Source: the human T2T-CHM13v2.0 reference genome, Homo sapiens. From it: 64,000 nucleotides of DNA. Location: assembly GCF_009914755.1 (NCBI RefSeq), contig NC_060928.1, one strand, 5' to 3'. Each line of letters starts with the position of its first letter. Within the stretch, counting starts at the first letter, position 1. The notes beneath the pieces are model-generated. The model made no database searches. It was not told the origin of the DNA and saw only the letters and a list, made by a program, of their open reading frames with translations. Below are positions 31,810 through 43,418 of this stretch, one piece after another. A program made the position numbers and the translations under genes.

Positions 31810-34800
31810 TTTAACTTAAAGACTTTTGAATTGTGACATAACACATCAGAAAATGCATAAAACGTAATTGTGTAGTTTAATTAGTTATTACAAAGCAAGC
31901 ATCTTTGTAGCCCACTGAGGTTAAGACAATAAAGCATAACCATATTCCAGAAGCCTCCTGTGTACGTTCCTAATCACAACCCTTCCTTTCCCTCTGAAGG
32001 TAAATACTATTTTCTCTTTGTCTAATCACTTTCTTGCTTTACTTTGTGGTTTGCTCATCTAGGTATGCATCCTTAAGAATATAATTCATTCAAGCCAGAA
32101 ATGGTGTGTTGAAAAAAGAAGTATATAATTTAGGATTGCCTGTTTTTGAAAGTTAAGTAAATGGAATCATATAGTGTATATGTCTTTGTTTCTTGGTTTC
32201 ACACAATGTGGCTTTCAAGAATCAGGCATGTTGTTGCAGGTAGTAGCTGTGTGGTTGCTCTAAACTATTATATATCATTTTTTAAAAAATGAATTTACTA
32301 CAGTTTACCTATTCATTTTACTTTTGATGGATCTTGAAGCTCCTAACAGGTTTTGGTGGTTACTAACAATGCTACTTTGAATATTATGCATGTACTTGTG
32401 TGGTACTTAGGTCCTTAGGTGCACAAATTTTATTTGTCCTGGATGTGAACTTGTTGGGTCATAGGTCATGTTTTCCCCAGTAGTGTTTCAGTATACATTC
32501 AGACCAAGAATGTATGAGAGCTTCCATTGCTTCATGTTCACTAACCACTTGATATTGTCACACTTTTAATTTTGTCAGTGTGCTAGCTATGTATGGATTT
32601 TGATTGTGGTTTAAATTTGCATTTTCTTTGTAGTCAAAGAGATGTAGCATCTTTTCATGTCTATTTGGAAATCCTTTTCAGAGTACCAGTTTGGGTCATT
32701 TACTCATTTTTCTATTGGAGTGTCTATCTTACAGATTTGTAGAAGTTCTTTATTTTCTAGACACAAACTTTTTGTTGGATAAATGTGTTACAGCTATCTT
32801 CTATGGAGTGCATTTCACTCTTCTAATGGACAAATTATGAACAAATATTCTTAGTTGTAATGTGGTCCTATGTGTTAATCTTTTGCTTTATGGCCAAGGC
32901 TTTTTGTGTCTTAATTTTAAAAAACGTCCCTACCCTGATGTTATGAAGACATTTTTCTATATTATTTTGTAAGAGCTTTGCCGTTTACATTTAGTTGTGT
33001 AGTCATCTGATTTGTATATGTGTGTGTGTGTGTATGTGTTAGAGTGTATTCATTTTTTTCTCATATAGATAGTGTGTTAGTCTGTTTTGCATTGCTGTAA
33101 AGGAATACTTGAGGCCGGACAATTTATAAAGAAAAGAGGTTGGCTGGGTGCGGTGGCTCAAGCCTGTAATCCCTGCACTTTGGGAGGCCCATGTGGGTGG
33201 ATCACCTGAGGTCAAGAATTAGAAACCAGCCTGGCCAATATGATAAAACCCTGTCTCTACTAAAAATACAAAAAATTAGTCAGGCGTGGTGGTGGGCGCC
33301 TGTAATCCCACCTACTCAGGAGGCTGAGGCAGGAGAATCACTTGAACCCGGAGGGTGGAGGTTGCAGTGAGCCTAGATCATGCCACCGCATTCCAGGCTG
33401 GGTGACAGAGTGAGACTCCGTCTCAAAAAAAAAAAAAAAAAAAAAAAGGAAAGAAAAGAGGTCGTGCAGGCTGTATAGGAAGCATAGTGCTGGCATTTGC
33501 TTCTGTCTGGTGAGGGCCTCAGGAAGCTTCCAATCATGATAGAAGCTGAAGTGGAAGCAGGCGTGTCACATGGTGAGAGAGGCAGCATGAGAGAGATGCC
33601 AGGCTCCTTTAAACAACCAGCTTTGTTGTGAACTAACAGAGCAAGAACTCACTCATTATCATGGTGAGGGCACCAAGCCATTCATGAAGGGTCCACCTCC
33701 ATGAAACAAACACCCACTAAGCCCACTTCTAACACTGGAAATCGCATTTCAACATGAGATTTGGAGGGGACAAAACAACCAAACCATATCAGATAGCCAG
33801 TTGTCCCAACATCAATTACTAGAAAACAATTTTTTACCCACTCTTGTACAGTGCCACCTCTGATACATATATGAAGGGCTCATTATATATAGGAGGGCCT
33901 ATTTCTAGACTCCCCATTTTGTACTATTGGTTTTTCATCCTGATAATGGTTGTGTGTCTTTTTCTTCTCTTTTTCCCAATTCTTCTCCGTCTCCTTTCCT
34001 TTCTCCTATTCCCTCCTCTCCTTCCCTCCTCCTTTCCCTTCTTCCTCTCTCTTGTTCTCCTTTCTCTCCCCTTGCCCTCCCCCATCTTAATCTGTGTCAC
34101 TGTAGATTTATCAATAGTTAGTTTTTCCAATGAATTGGTTTGCCTTTTTTGTTCTTTTCTATTATGTATTTCTTTTCTGTTTCATTAATTTCTGATCTTC
34201 TACTTTCTTTGAGTTTATTTTGATGAGTTTTTTTTCTAATTTCTTGAACTGGATGGTTAGCTCCTCAGTTAACTTGCCTTTAAGTGCATTTAAAGCTATA
34301 AATTTTTTTTCAGATACTGTTTTATTTCTATGCCATATGCCTTTTTTATTATCACTATTTAAAAATCATTTTTAACGTTTATAATGAGTCTACTTTGGGC
34401 TATAGGTTATTTAGAAGTTCAGTTTATAATTTCCAACACATGAGGAATTTCTGGCTGTTTTTAATTATTTATAACATTATTGCATTGCGGTCCGGGAATA
34501 TGCATTATGTAATTACAGTGTGTTGAAATTTTTTGCAACTTGCATTGTGGCCCAGAAAAAAAGTCAACTTTTGTAAATGTTCCATGTATGCTATAAGAAT
34601 ACATAATGTGAAGTTTTCAGTTATGGTGTTCTCTCCATGTCCATTAGGTAAAGTTTGTTAATCTATGAAAATACTCTGTTTCTTTACTGATTATTCTCCT
34701 TGTTTGTTTCTATTAAGTATTTTAAAAATTTTCACTGTATTTGCACATTTATCTACTGCTTCTTGTCATTCTGTCAATTTTTGCTTTATATACTTTGATC

Positions 34801-35150
34801 TTATGTTATTAGGTTATATCTTCCTGGTGAATTGAACCACTTTTATTTTTTAAATAACTCTATTTCTAATTATAGTTTTTTATCTTACAATCTACTTTGA
34901 TATTAATATAACTCCCAATATTCTTTGGATTAGAGTTTGCATATTATACTGTTTTTATCCTCTTTACTTTCAGTCTTTCTGCATCTGTTTGTTTTGTTGA
35001 AACTCTTGAACTGTATAGTTGAACTTTCAAATCCAATTAGGTAGCATTTATTTTCTAATTGGAACATTTAGTTTGGTTCCACTTAAGGTAAATAGTGGCA
35101 TATTTGGATTTAAATATTTCTAAAATTTAGAACTCTTAAAATCTTTTTTT
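31810..35150 (-). mobile_element. Old L1ME relics, interrupted by an MST LTR and a CT-rich tract (33960-34090)
   Basis: Degenerate antisense L1 motifs; the host resumes after the LTR (atag / gatagccagttgtccca). Confidence 0.6.
33073..33791. mobile_element. MST (MaLR) solo LTR with a nested AluS (33143-33446, +)
   Basis: tgtgttagtctgttttgcattgctgtaaaggaatac...aaaccatatca; Alu TSD aaagaaaagaggt. Confidence 0.85.
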
Positions 35151-35280
35151 GCTTAGTCTTTATATTAGCTTATGTTCATGCCTGAATATTTGAGAAACTC
35201 CTTCAAAAGGAATTGTTTAGGCATTAAAACAGGTTTGCCGGTTTTGGTTCTGATTTTGAAAAATTGATCATCGTGTGATG

Positions 35281-35591
35281 TTTTTTGTTTTTGTTTCTAA
35301 GATGGGGTCTTGCTCTATTGCCCAGGCCAAAGTGCAGTAGTGCAATCATGACTCATTGCAGCCTTGACCTCCAGGGCCCAAGTGATCCTCCTACTTCAGC
35401 CTCCTGCGTAGCTAGGACCGCAGGCATGTGCCACTATGTCCAGCTCATTTTTATAAATTTTTTGTAGAGACGGGAATCTGGGAATCTCCCTATGTTACCC
35501 AGTCTGGTCTTGAACTCCTGGCTTCAAGTGATCCTCCTGCCTCAGCCTCCAGAGTGCAGGGATTATAGGCATGAGCCGCCATGCCTGGGCC
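35281..35591 (-). mobile_element. AluJ
   Basis: Antisense Alu dimer. Confidence 0.88.
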
Positions 35592-35954
35592 AATTGTGTG
35601 ATGTCTGTGAAAGCAAACTCTTCATATTTTTATTCCTGTGATATGTTATTTGGGTAACCGGATAGCTATATTGGAAACTAAAACTTCTTATGTTTATGAG
35701 GTATGAATATTATAAAACCATTTTGTTTTTTCCATTTATTTTCTGGCTTGTCAGTTTTAAGAATTTCCACCTCTTCTTTCTTTAGGGCTTCAATAACTTT
35801 ACAACTAATTGTGTAGTTTATTGATTGTCCCCCAGAAAAGCTTTGCTGTATCTTTTTTTTTTTTCTCTGATGCATTTTGATTCGGAGAATGACTGACAAT
35901 GCAAGTTAAGGTTTAGTGCCATATAGTGTGTCCAAATGTAAACTTAAAGCAGCC

Positions 35955-36361
35955 TGTATTAGTCCCTTCTCATGATGCTATAAAGAAATACGTGAGACTG
36001 GGTAATTTATAAAGAAAAGAGATGTAATTGGCTCACAGTTCTGCACGCTGTACGCGAAGCATAGCGTCTTCTGGGGAGGCCTCAGGAAACTTACATTCAT
36101 GGCGGAAGATGAAGGAGAAGCTAGCATGTCTTACATGGCCAGAGCAAAAGCAAGGAGGGCAGTGAGGGAGGTGCTACACACTTTTAAAGAACCAGATCTC
36201 ATGAGTACTCTATAATGAGATAGCACCAAGTGGATGGTGCTAAACCTTTCATGTAGGCTCCACACCATGATCCAGTTACCTCCCTCCAGGCCCCGCCTCC
36301 AACATTGGGGATTACAATGCAACATGAGATTTGGGTGAGGATACAGATCCAAACCATATTA
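35955..36361. mobile_element. MST (MaLR) solo LTR
   Basis: tgtattagtcc...gagactgggtaatttataaagaaaag...caacatgagatttggg...aaaccatat; 5-bp TSD approximately cagcc / caacc. Confidence 0.85.
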
Positions 36362-36497
36362 CAACCATACTGATGGATTGTAAACTACAGTTTTTAACCT
36401 GCTTCTATTAATTAGAGGGGTAAAGGTTGTAATTTTTTATTAATGTTTATCTCATGTAAGTGGTTTTATTTATAAGCATTCTTTTAAAAATCTTTTT

Positions 36498-36750
36498 GGC
36501 TTGGTGCAGTGGACAGTGTTGGGTGGGCCTGGACAACGTTGTAAGACCTATCTCTACAAAAAAAGAAATTAAAAAATTAGCCAGGCATGGTGGCACACAC
36601 GTGTGTATTCCCTGCTATTGGGGAGGCTGAGGTGAGAGGATCACTTGAGCTAGGGGGTCGAAGCTTCAGTGAGCTATGATCATGCCACTGTACTACAGCC
36701 TGGACGTTGGAGTGAGACCCTGTCTCTAAAATAATAAATACAAATAAAAA
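36498..36750 (+). mobile_element. AluJ, internally deleted
   Basis: Partial left arm, full right arm and A-rich tail. Confidence 0.8.
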
Positions 36751-39700
36751 ATCTTTTCATTATGGAAGAAATTTTAAAACATGGAAACATATGGAGAAGA
36801 ATATTGTGTACCTTTTCATCCTGGTCACTTACTTTAATTAATTATCAATTCATAGCCAATTTTGTTTCATTTCTACTCCCTCAATTATGTTGTAATCTGA
36901 AACATTGTGTCATTTATATAGGTAGGTAGATATACATGTATATTGTGTATTTCTAAAAGATTAAGATTCTTTTAAAGGTCATTATTTTAAAATATGAATA
37001 ATTCCTTAAAATCAAATATCTTGTGTTTCCCATTTCCCCAATTGTTTCTTAAAAAATTGTATTGCTGTATCTTTTAAGTCTTTTTAAAAAAAATTCTGTA
37101 GGTTTCCCTCTCTCCCTTTTTCCTTACTAAATTGTATTTGTTGAAGAAAACAGGTCATTTGTTTCCTAGTTTGGTTTTTTCCTGATTACATTTTTGAGCT
37201 ATAATTTAACATGTTTCTCTGCTCCTGTATTTTCTATAAGTTGGTAGATTTAAAGGCAAAAAATTGTTTAAAATTTATTTTTATTGTTTTAAAATTTAAG
37301 TACTTCTAATATTGTAGATTTCTCAGATCATTACTGTTACAAGGGGCGGCTTAAAGGTAGAACTCTTAAAATATTATTATCATCTATTCTGCCTTCCTGG
37401 TTTGTAGATACAGAGACATCCCAGAGAGGTTGTGATTTATCCAGATTTCCACATCAAGTTGAGATTACAGTGGAGGGTGCGTTCGAAAGTAAAAATAACT
37501 TCTCCTTTTGAATTTTGATGGCTTCATGTGTGCTACTTGTGATTTTGGTTCTTTAGAATTCATCCTGAGCATTTTTCCAGAGCTATGCCTAGGAATTCTT
37601 GAATTTGTCTTCTGCTCTCTCTCTATCTGGGCTCCACCCTGACTGTAATTCAGTTTGTTAATATGGTAATAAAAAGTCTCTATCAAAGTCCTCTTATGTG
37701 TCAAAGTCCTCTTTTGCCACATCTTCCAGTCTACCTTGTGCTTTTCTAAATTGTGATTGGACTTAACCTGTGTACTGATTCTTTTACTTTAAGAAAGTGG
37801 CAGTTGTGGACCCCATAAACACAAGAGATGTGTTTACTTCTGAAGTTTTAAAGATTTTTAGGTTTATTATTACAAAAGTAATATATTTGTTTAAACAGTG
37901 TGGAATTATATAAACACTGAATGTACTCCTCAACCTCTCTACCTTATGTCTCAGTGATAACAATTGCTAAGGGCTTGATGTGTTTTATTCTAAACTTAAT
38001 TCTATACAAATATAATTATATAGATATATATTACATATACACACAATTGTTTATCTTTAAAAATAATTCAAATATGGCTACAAAACTTTTACAATATGAA
38101 GCATTGTCAGTATTTATTTTACCGGGAGGATTTCCCCCATCAGTGAGTGCTGACTGTCATTTTCATTCTTTATGATCAAGTTGTAGATCAGGAAAAACAA
38201 GTTAAGAGAGTGCCTACAAATACCGGGAAAACTTGTGGATAGATTTTCATTTTTTATGTAAAGACATATAAGAACATGAATGGTATAAAAACAAAATCCT
38301 TTATAAATGCCATACAATTATATATTTAGAAAAATTATATGGTGGTAAAACATATAAAAGAACCACACACTCCCAAATTTACATTGAGCTAATTTAGTAC
38401 AGTTAGCCTTTGTCAAAGCTTTCCTTGTTTAAAAAAACTATTGGCTCAGTGTGCAGGAAGGAGCATAGGAGAAAAAATTGCCAAGAATATTTGAAAAATA
38501 CAGAAAATAAAGAAAAAAATCACCTACTATCCTATCAAAAATTTTAATAGCTAGAATCAGGATAAGATAGAATATTCCTGTGGCAGTAATTCTAGTCTAT
38601 ATTCCTTTCCTGGAACCCTGTCTCCCAAATTTCAGGTGAGATTTTATAAGAAGCTCTGTTTATCTGAGATTTAAAATATAAAAACTTGATTTAACCTATA
38701 CAGTTTTTTAAAAAGACCCTAAATAAGTAAAATTTAGTACTCCACAAATTGAAGAGAATTTCTCTCTTCTCTTTACTGCCCTCTGAGTTTTCTCTTTCCT
38801 TCTCTCACCTCCAATTTTCATGTAAACACTTTCAGTTCGAGTGGACCTTAGAGATTGTCTCATTCAATACTTTAGGAAAACAAATTTTATAGAACCCTTG
38901 AGTTCTGTGGAATTGCTTCTAATGAACAACACCTTTTGTTGTTGTTGTTGTTTAGTGACACTGTGTAACAGGCATTTCAGGAGGAGAATCTCCCAGTCTA
39001 GAGGAATCCTCTCAGAGGTAGCTATAAAATATTGAACTCTGATCTTCAATAAGCATTGTGCGGTTTTTGTTTTTGTTTTTAATGACAGTTTTAAACAAGA
39101 AAGTTGCTTTATTTCTGAACTTCATAAAAATTTCTATTAAAGAGACAATTTCTGAATTTTATAACAATTTCTAGAACAGTTGAGTACCTCACTTTGAGAC
39201 ACATTTTTGCTAAAAGTTAAAAACACAAAACCCTTATGAGATAAAATAGGAAGCTAGTAGAGATAGGAAAGTCCTCTGCTTAGTAAACCTCTTTTTTGCG
39301 TAGTTTAGACACATACAATAGTAAAGTTACTTAGTACGTTGATAGTTTTCTTTCTCCTCAAAAGCTACAATGTCTTACTAGCTAGTTCCTTCAAGAAAGG
39401 AAACAAGAAGCCGCTGGAGGAGATTGGTGAGTGGGATAAAACACTATTCAACTCTTCAGTTATTCGGTTTTTAAATCCTCAATGAAAGGCTGCTGTATTA
39501 TAGAGTATTTTTTTTTTATTTTTAATAGACTTAGAACCAAGTTTCTTGAGAAACCTTTGGCATATTGTAGTTTTTTTATGGCTATGACTCACATGACATT
39601 ACTGTATAAAACTAGTACATTCTCTCGTAAAACCACACAAACTTACTAGAGTGCTGCTCTCATTTTTCTACATTAGAAATGAAAAAGGGCATTGTCTGCA

Positions 39701-39869
39701 TTCAAAATTTCCTTTTTACATCTCTGTATTACTTTTTCCCCTTTATATTTATCTTAAAACCAAAAGAAATAATGTTTCTATTGTTTTACTGTAGTTACCA
39801 CTGATGCTACCGAAGCTGTATTGTGAGTGTTTCAAAATTCTCAAACCAGTTTTGTGTGTTGTACTTGGA

Positions 39870-40155
39870 GCTTAGTCATTGTCATACGTAGCAGGACCTG
39901 ATTAAGAAGGCTGTGCCGCCTCTAAGCCTTGCTAGATTGTAGCCACTAGCAACCAGGCTGCAATAATTTCCCTTTGATGACATCATCCACTGTGGAAGAA
40001 CCCAGTTGCTTCAGCGAGTCGAACTACAGTTTTAACCTCATCAAATATGGCATCTCCCTTGCTTGCTGCAGCAGGGATGGAAGAAATGTCACTTTCTTTT
40101 TAAGCTAGCAAGCTTTTTCTTTTTCTTTTTCTTCTTCTATTTAAAAATTCTAATC
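39870..40155 (+). promoter_or_regulatory. CLCN3: Putative internal promoter and 5' UTR for the alternative first exon
   Basis: Unique, repeat-free sequence. RFX X-box-like GTAGCC-ACT-AGCAAC at 39939-39953, TCF/LEF CCTTTGAT at 39971-39978, and CRE/AP-1-like TGACATCA at 39978-39985, all upstream of the ATG at 40156. Confidence 0.55.
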
Positions 40156-40234
40156 ATGGATGCTTCTTCCGACCCTTATTTGCCTTATGACGGGGGAGGA
40201 GACAATATTCCCCTGAGGGAATTACATAAAAGAG
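40156..40234 (+). CDS. CLCN3: Alternative first coding exon of ClC-3, MDASSDPYLPYDGGGDNIPLRELHKR(G)
   Basis: Strong Kozak atcATGG; 79 nt, phase 1; donor GAG|GTAATA. Joins in frame to the exon at 60156 (G+GA=Gly). Matches the alternative ClC-3 N-terminus I recall (ClC-3c type). Confidence 0.88.
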
Positions 40235-42907
40235 GTAATACTATCCCCTTGCTGTGAATTCTCTGTTGGTATGTTTTGCATGCGGCTGGGCGGTCCTCTA
40301 GCTTAAACTGGTTCTCGTTTGTCCTTTAAATACTGCAGTACGTTGTTTAGTTGCCCTGGGTTGTTAGTAAGGGGAAAATGCAACCTTCTGAATGGTTGTG
40401 TAGCCATCCCTGATTGTTTTCTCTGTGCAGATTAGTACTGCTTCAGATCACGTCGGGCTCCGACTCCATCTTCTGCATGAAAATCTTCTTTCTAACTCTG
40501 AAAATGAATTAATCTGCTTTTACAGCCAACTAAAGTCGTGTTGGTTGGCATCTAAAAAGTAATGTTTTTCTTCCTTCAGAAAACTTACATTTCCTTTAAT
40601 TTACACAGAGAAATCAGGTGCCTATGTACCATTATATTTTAGCTGCTGCCAATTACCATGTAGATTTTACACCACAAAGTAAATTTATAGCAAAAGCTTT
40701 ACCTACATTTTAGAACATTTTAAAATGATAGTAAAGATGAATAATTTCTATATTAATACTTTTTATTTAATATGTATTTCGGCTGAGTAACATACTACAT
40801 TGTCTTCCACAGGTATCTTGTGAAATTTGATATGATAAAACACATTTGACTAAATGTCAGAAAAAATAATATTGGTTTGTGAAAAGCAGAAGAGCACCCA
40901 GCATGCCTGTAAATCTTTTGGCAGGCACTTCCTCAGTCTCCTTAAAATTAATTGCATGTTAATTACTACCCTTTTTTTCATTTTTGTTTAATTGCTTATT
41001 CGAAAAACAGACTGGTCGACATTTGTTGTCCTAGAAAAAAATTGAACTTCAAGAAAAATCTCTTAGCTTATGTGACTTCATTTTTGAGCCACATTAGTTT
41101 GAATTACTGCATGATATTATAAACTCACCTTATGATTTAACCCAAACTTTTATTTGTAAGTATATAAGGAAGTAATAATGTTTTTCTAATATAATTAGCC
41201 TGCTTTATTTAAAATATACTTTGTGTTCTGATAACACTTTTTTTTTAGTATTAAGTTCCACTATAATTTAAACATTATAATGTATTCAACAAATGTCTGT
41301 TGGTTGCATTGTGTCTGCTACACACTATTTTAGGGTCTGAACAGTTGTAGCATTATTTATCTTGCAGTATTCTGTAGTTAGTAAAAACTTGCTTTTTACA
41401 TTTTGAGAAAAGCTGTGTAAGGATCATGTTACATACATTGTGCTTTCTCTTACAGAGTTACCTTCTTAATAAAATTTTGATATATGTGTATATGTATATG
41501 TTAGAACATTTGGAAGAAATATCTAAAAGCATAAAGAAGAAAATAATTTCTTGTAATCACACCACCCAGAGCTTTTTAAATTTTTTTTCTTAATGTTACG
41601 ATCATAAATTCTTCTATTTCCTATGTTCTGATTATCAGTTTTCTGGTAAGGAGTTCTTTAAACAGGAAGCAAGGTGAATGAATAGTGACTGTTCAAATGT
41701 CACATTATTTGCTAATCAGTAATTAAACTGTAAAACAAGACAGACTGTATTTTCCTCATGCTATTACAACATTTGGTTGTTAATGATGATAAATCAGAAT
41801 ACCTGGGCTTCAGAAATTTAAATTCCTTTTGTGAAGCTTAACAGTCTTTGACAGAACTTACTTATGGACTGTCTTAGTGTAAAATATGCAAATAATAAGA
41901 AATAAGTCAAAACTTATGTGAGAGTAGGCATGGTTACTGATATTACCTAAACGTAAGCTTTTTATTTCTATTATACTTTCATAAATAATCCTTTAAGAAT
42001 CTTGCTTAGGATCTAAATCAGTCCCACTCTTGGCAGCTCAAATAGGTTCTTTATCCCTTGATGAGACTTATTCTATTAATATAAGTCATTGTTATTTGAA
42101 AGTAACATTGTGTATGTGTAGTAGAGATAAGTCAGTTATTAGGCTTTCGTGACTGTACTGTATTACCTCAAACATACTGTAGTATCCTAGTGTCTATGCG
42201 TAAGATGTTATTTTTTGTCCATAATTTATGACCTGTTGTAGCCATGGGTCAACACAATGGAATTGATGGAGACAGGCAGCTAACAAATCGAAAAAACTGA
42301 ATCAGCTTCCCTGTGAGGAAGAACAAAACTATAATGATTAAAATTGATCTTCAGCCTGATAGTGAAGAGGCAGATAAAGTATAAAATTGTGAAGGATATC
42401 AATAAAGTAAACATGGATCTGTTTAGTAAATCCCTGAGTGCTATAGCCAAGGATTACCTTTGTTGAGTAAATTGAATTTAATACTACTTTTCAAGGCGAG
42501 ATGGTAAATGGTGAAGCTTCCTATTTAAGTAAATAATGTCAAGTCTGGAAGTATAAGTAGATTCAAATTAGAATTAGTTTGATATACTATTGATAGATTA
42601 GAAATTAAGATGACATTTCAGAAATAGCCATCTTTAGGGGTAGATTTCCTATATAGAAACAATCAAGCTCTCTCAAAATGTCTCTTCCTTTTTTATCAGG
42701 AAAAAAGACTTGGCTTATCTGGACTGTTAGTTTTACACTTTTTCTTCTTAATTTGTTCAAGATGTTTAAGTAGTTTTAGAGGTCAAATTTCTTTCTTCTA
42801 CCAACCCTTTATAATGGATTTGATCTTTTGGGCCTGAGCCTCCATTTACTCCATGAGGGGCCTTTAACAATTATTTAAATATTTAATTGTTTCATTCAGA
42901 GTGAGCA

Positions 42908-42911
42908 TATA

Positions 42912-42943
<32 letters not shown>

Positions 42944-42977
42944 TGTGTGTGTGCGTATATGTGTATATATATATATA
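42908..42977. repeat. Compound (TG)n/(TA)n/(CA)n microsatellite
   Basis: Directly visible. Confidence 0.9.
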
Positions 42978-43095
42978 TACATATACACACACATATGGCA
43001 CTCCTAGGTGCTGTGGAGAATTATAAAAATAGTAATATTAATAATAGTTAATATTTATTAGAATTTCCTGTTAGCTGGATACTGTCCTAAGTGGG

Positions 43096-43418
43096 TTTTT
43101 TTGTTGTTGTTGTTGTTGTTGTTGTTTTCTTAAGAGAGAGGTATCACTTTTTCACCCAGGCTGGAGTGCAGTGGAGTGATTATAGCAAATGCAGCCTTGA
43201 ACTACTGGGCTTAGATCCTCCGTCTCACCCTCCTTGGTACCTGGGACTGCAGGCTTGCAACACCTTGCCTGGCTAATTTAAAAAACAAAATTTTTTTTTT
43301 TTTTAGGGAGAGTCTCACTATGTTGTCCAGGGTGGTCTCCAACTCCTGGGCTCAAGCAACCCTCCTGCCTTGGCCTCCCAAGTAGCTGAGATTACAGGTG
43401 CGAGCCACTGTGCCTGGC
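43096..43418 (-). mobile_element. AluJ with a (GTT)n tail, inserted in a MIR (~43030-43560)
   Basis: TSD tgt(c/t)ctaagtg; MIR core ccccattttctagttgacaagactgagg. Confidence 0.85.

Noticed and set aside
33844-34188. Hydrophobic 114-aa ORF resembling a membrane protein
   Set aside because: A CT-rich low-complexity tract inside an L1 relic.
38100-38240. Possible snoRNA or processed-pseudogene end
   Set aside because: No convincing C/D or H/ACA boxes, no poly(A) tail or TSD, and no recognisable homology.
40063-40155. N-terminal extension of the alternative exon suggested by the ORF track
   Set aside because: It starts at a non-ATG codon and translates a U-rich UTR tract (poly-Phe); ATG 40156 has the strong Kozak context.
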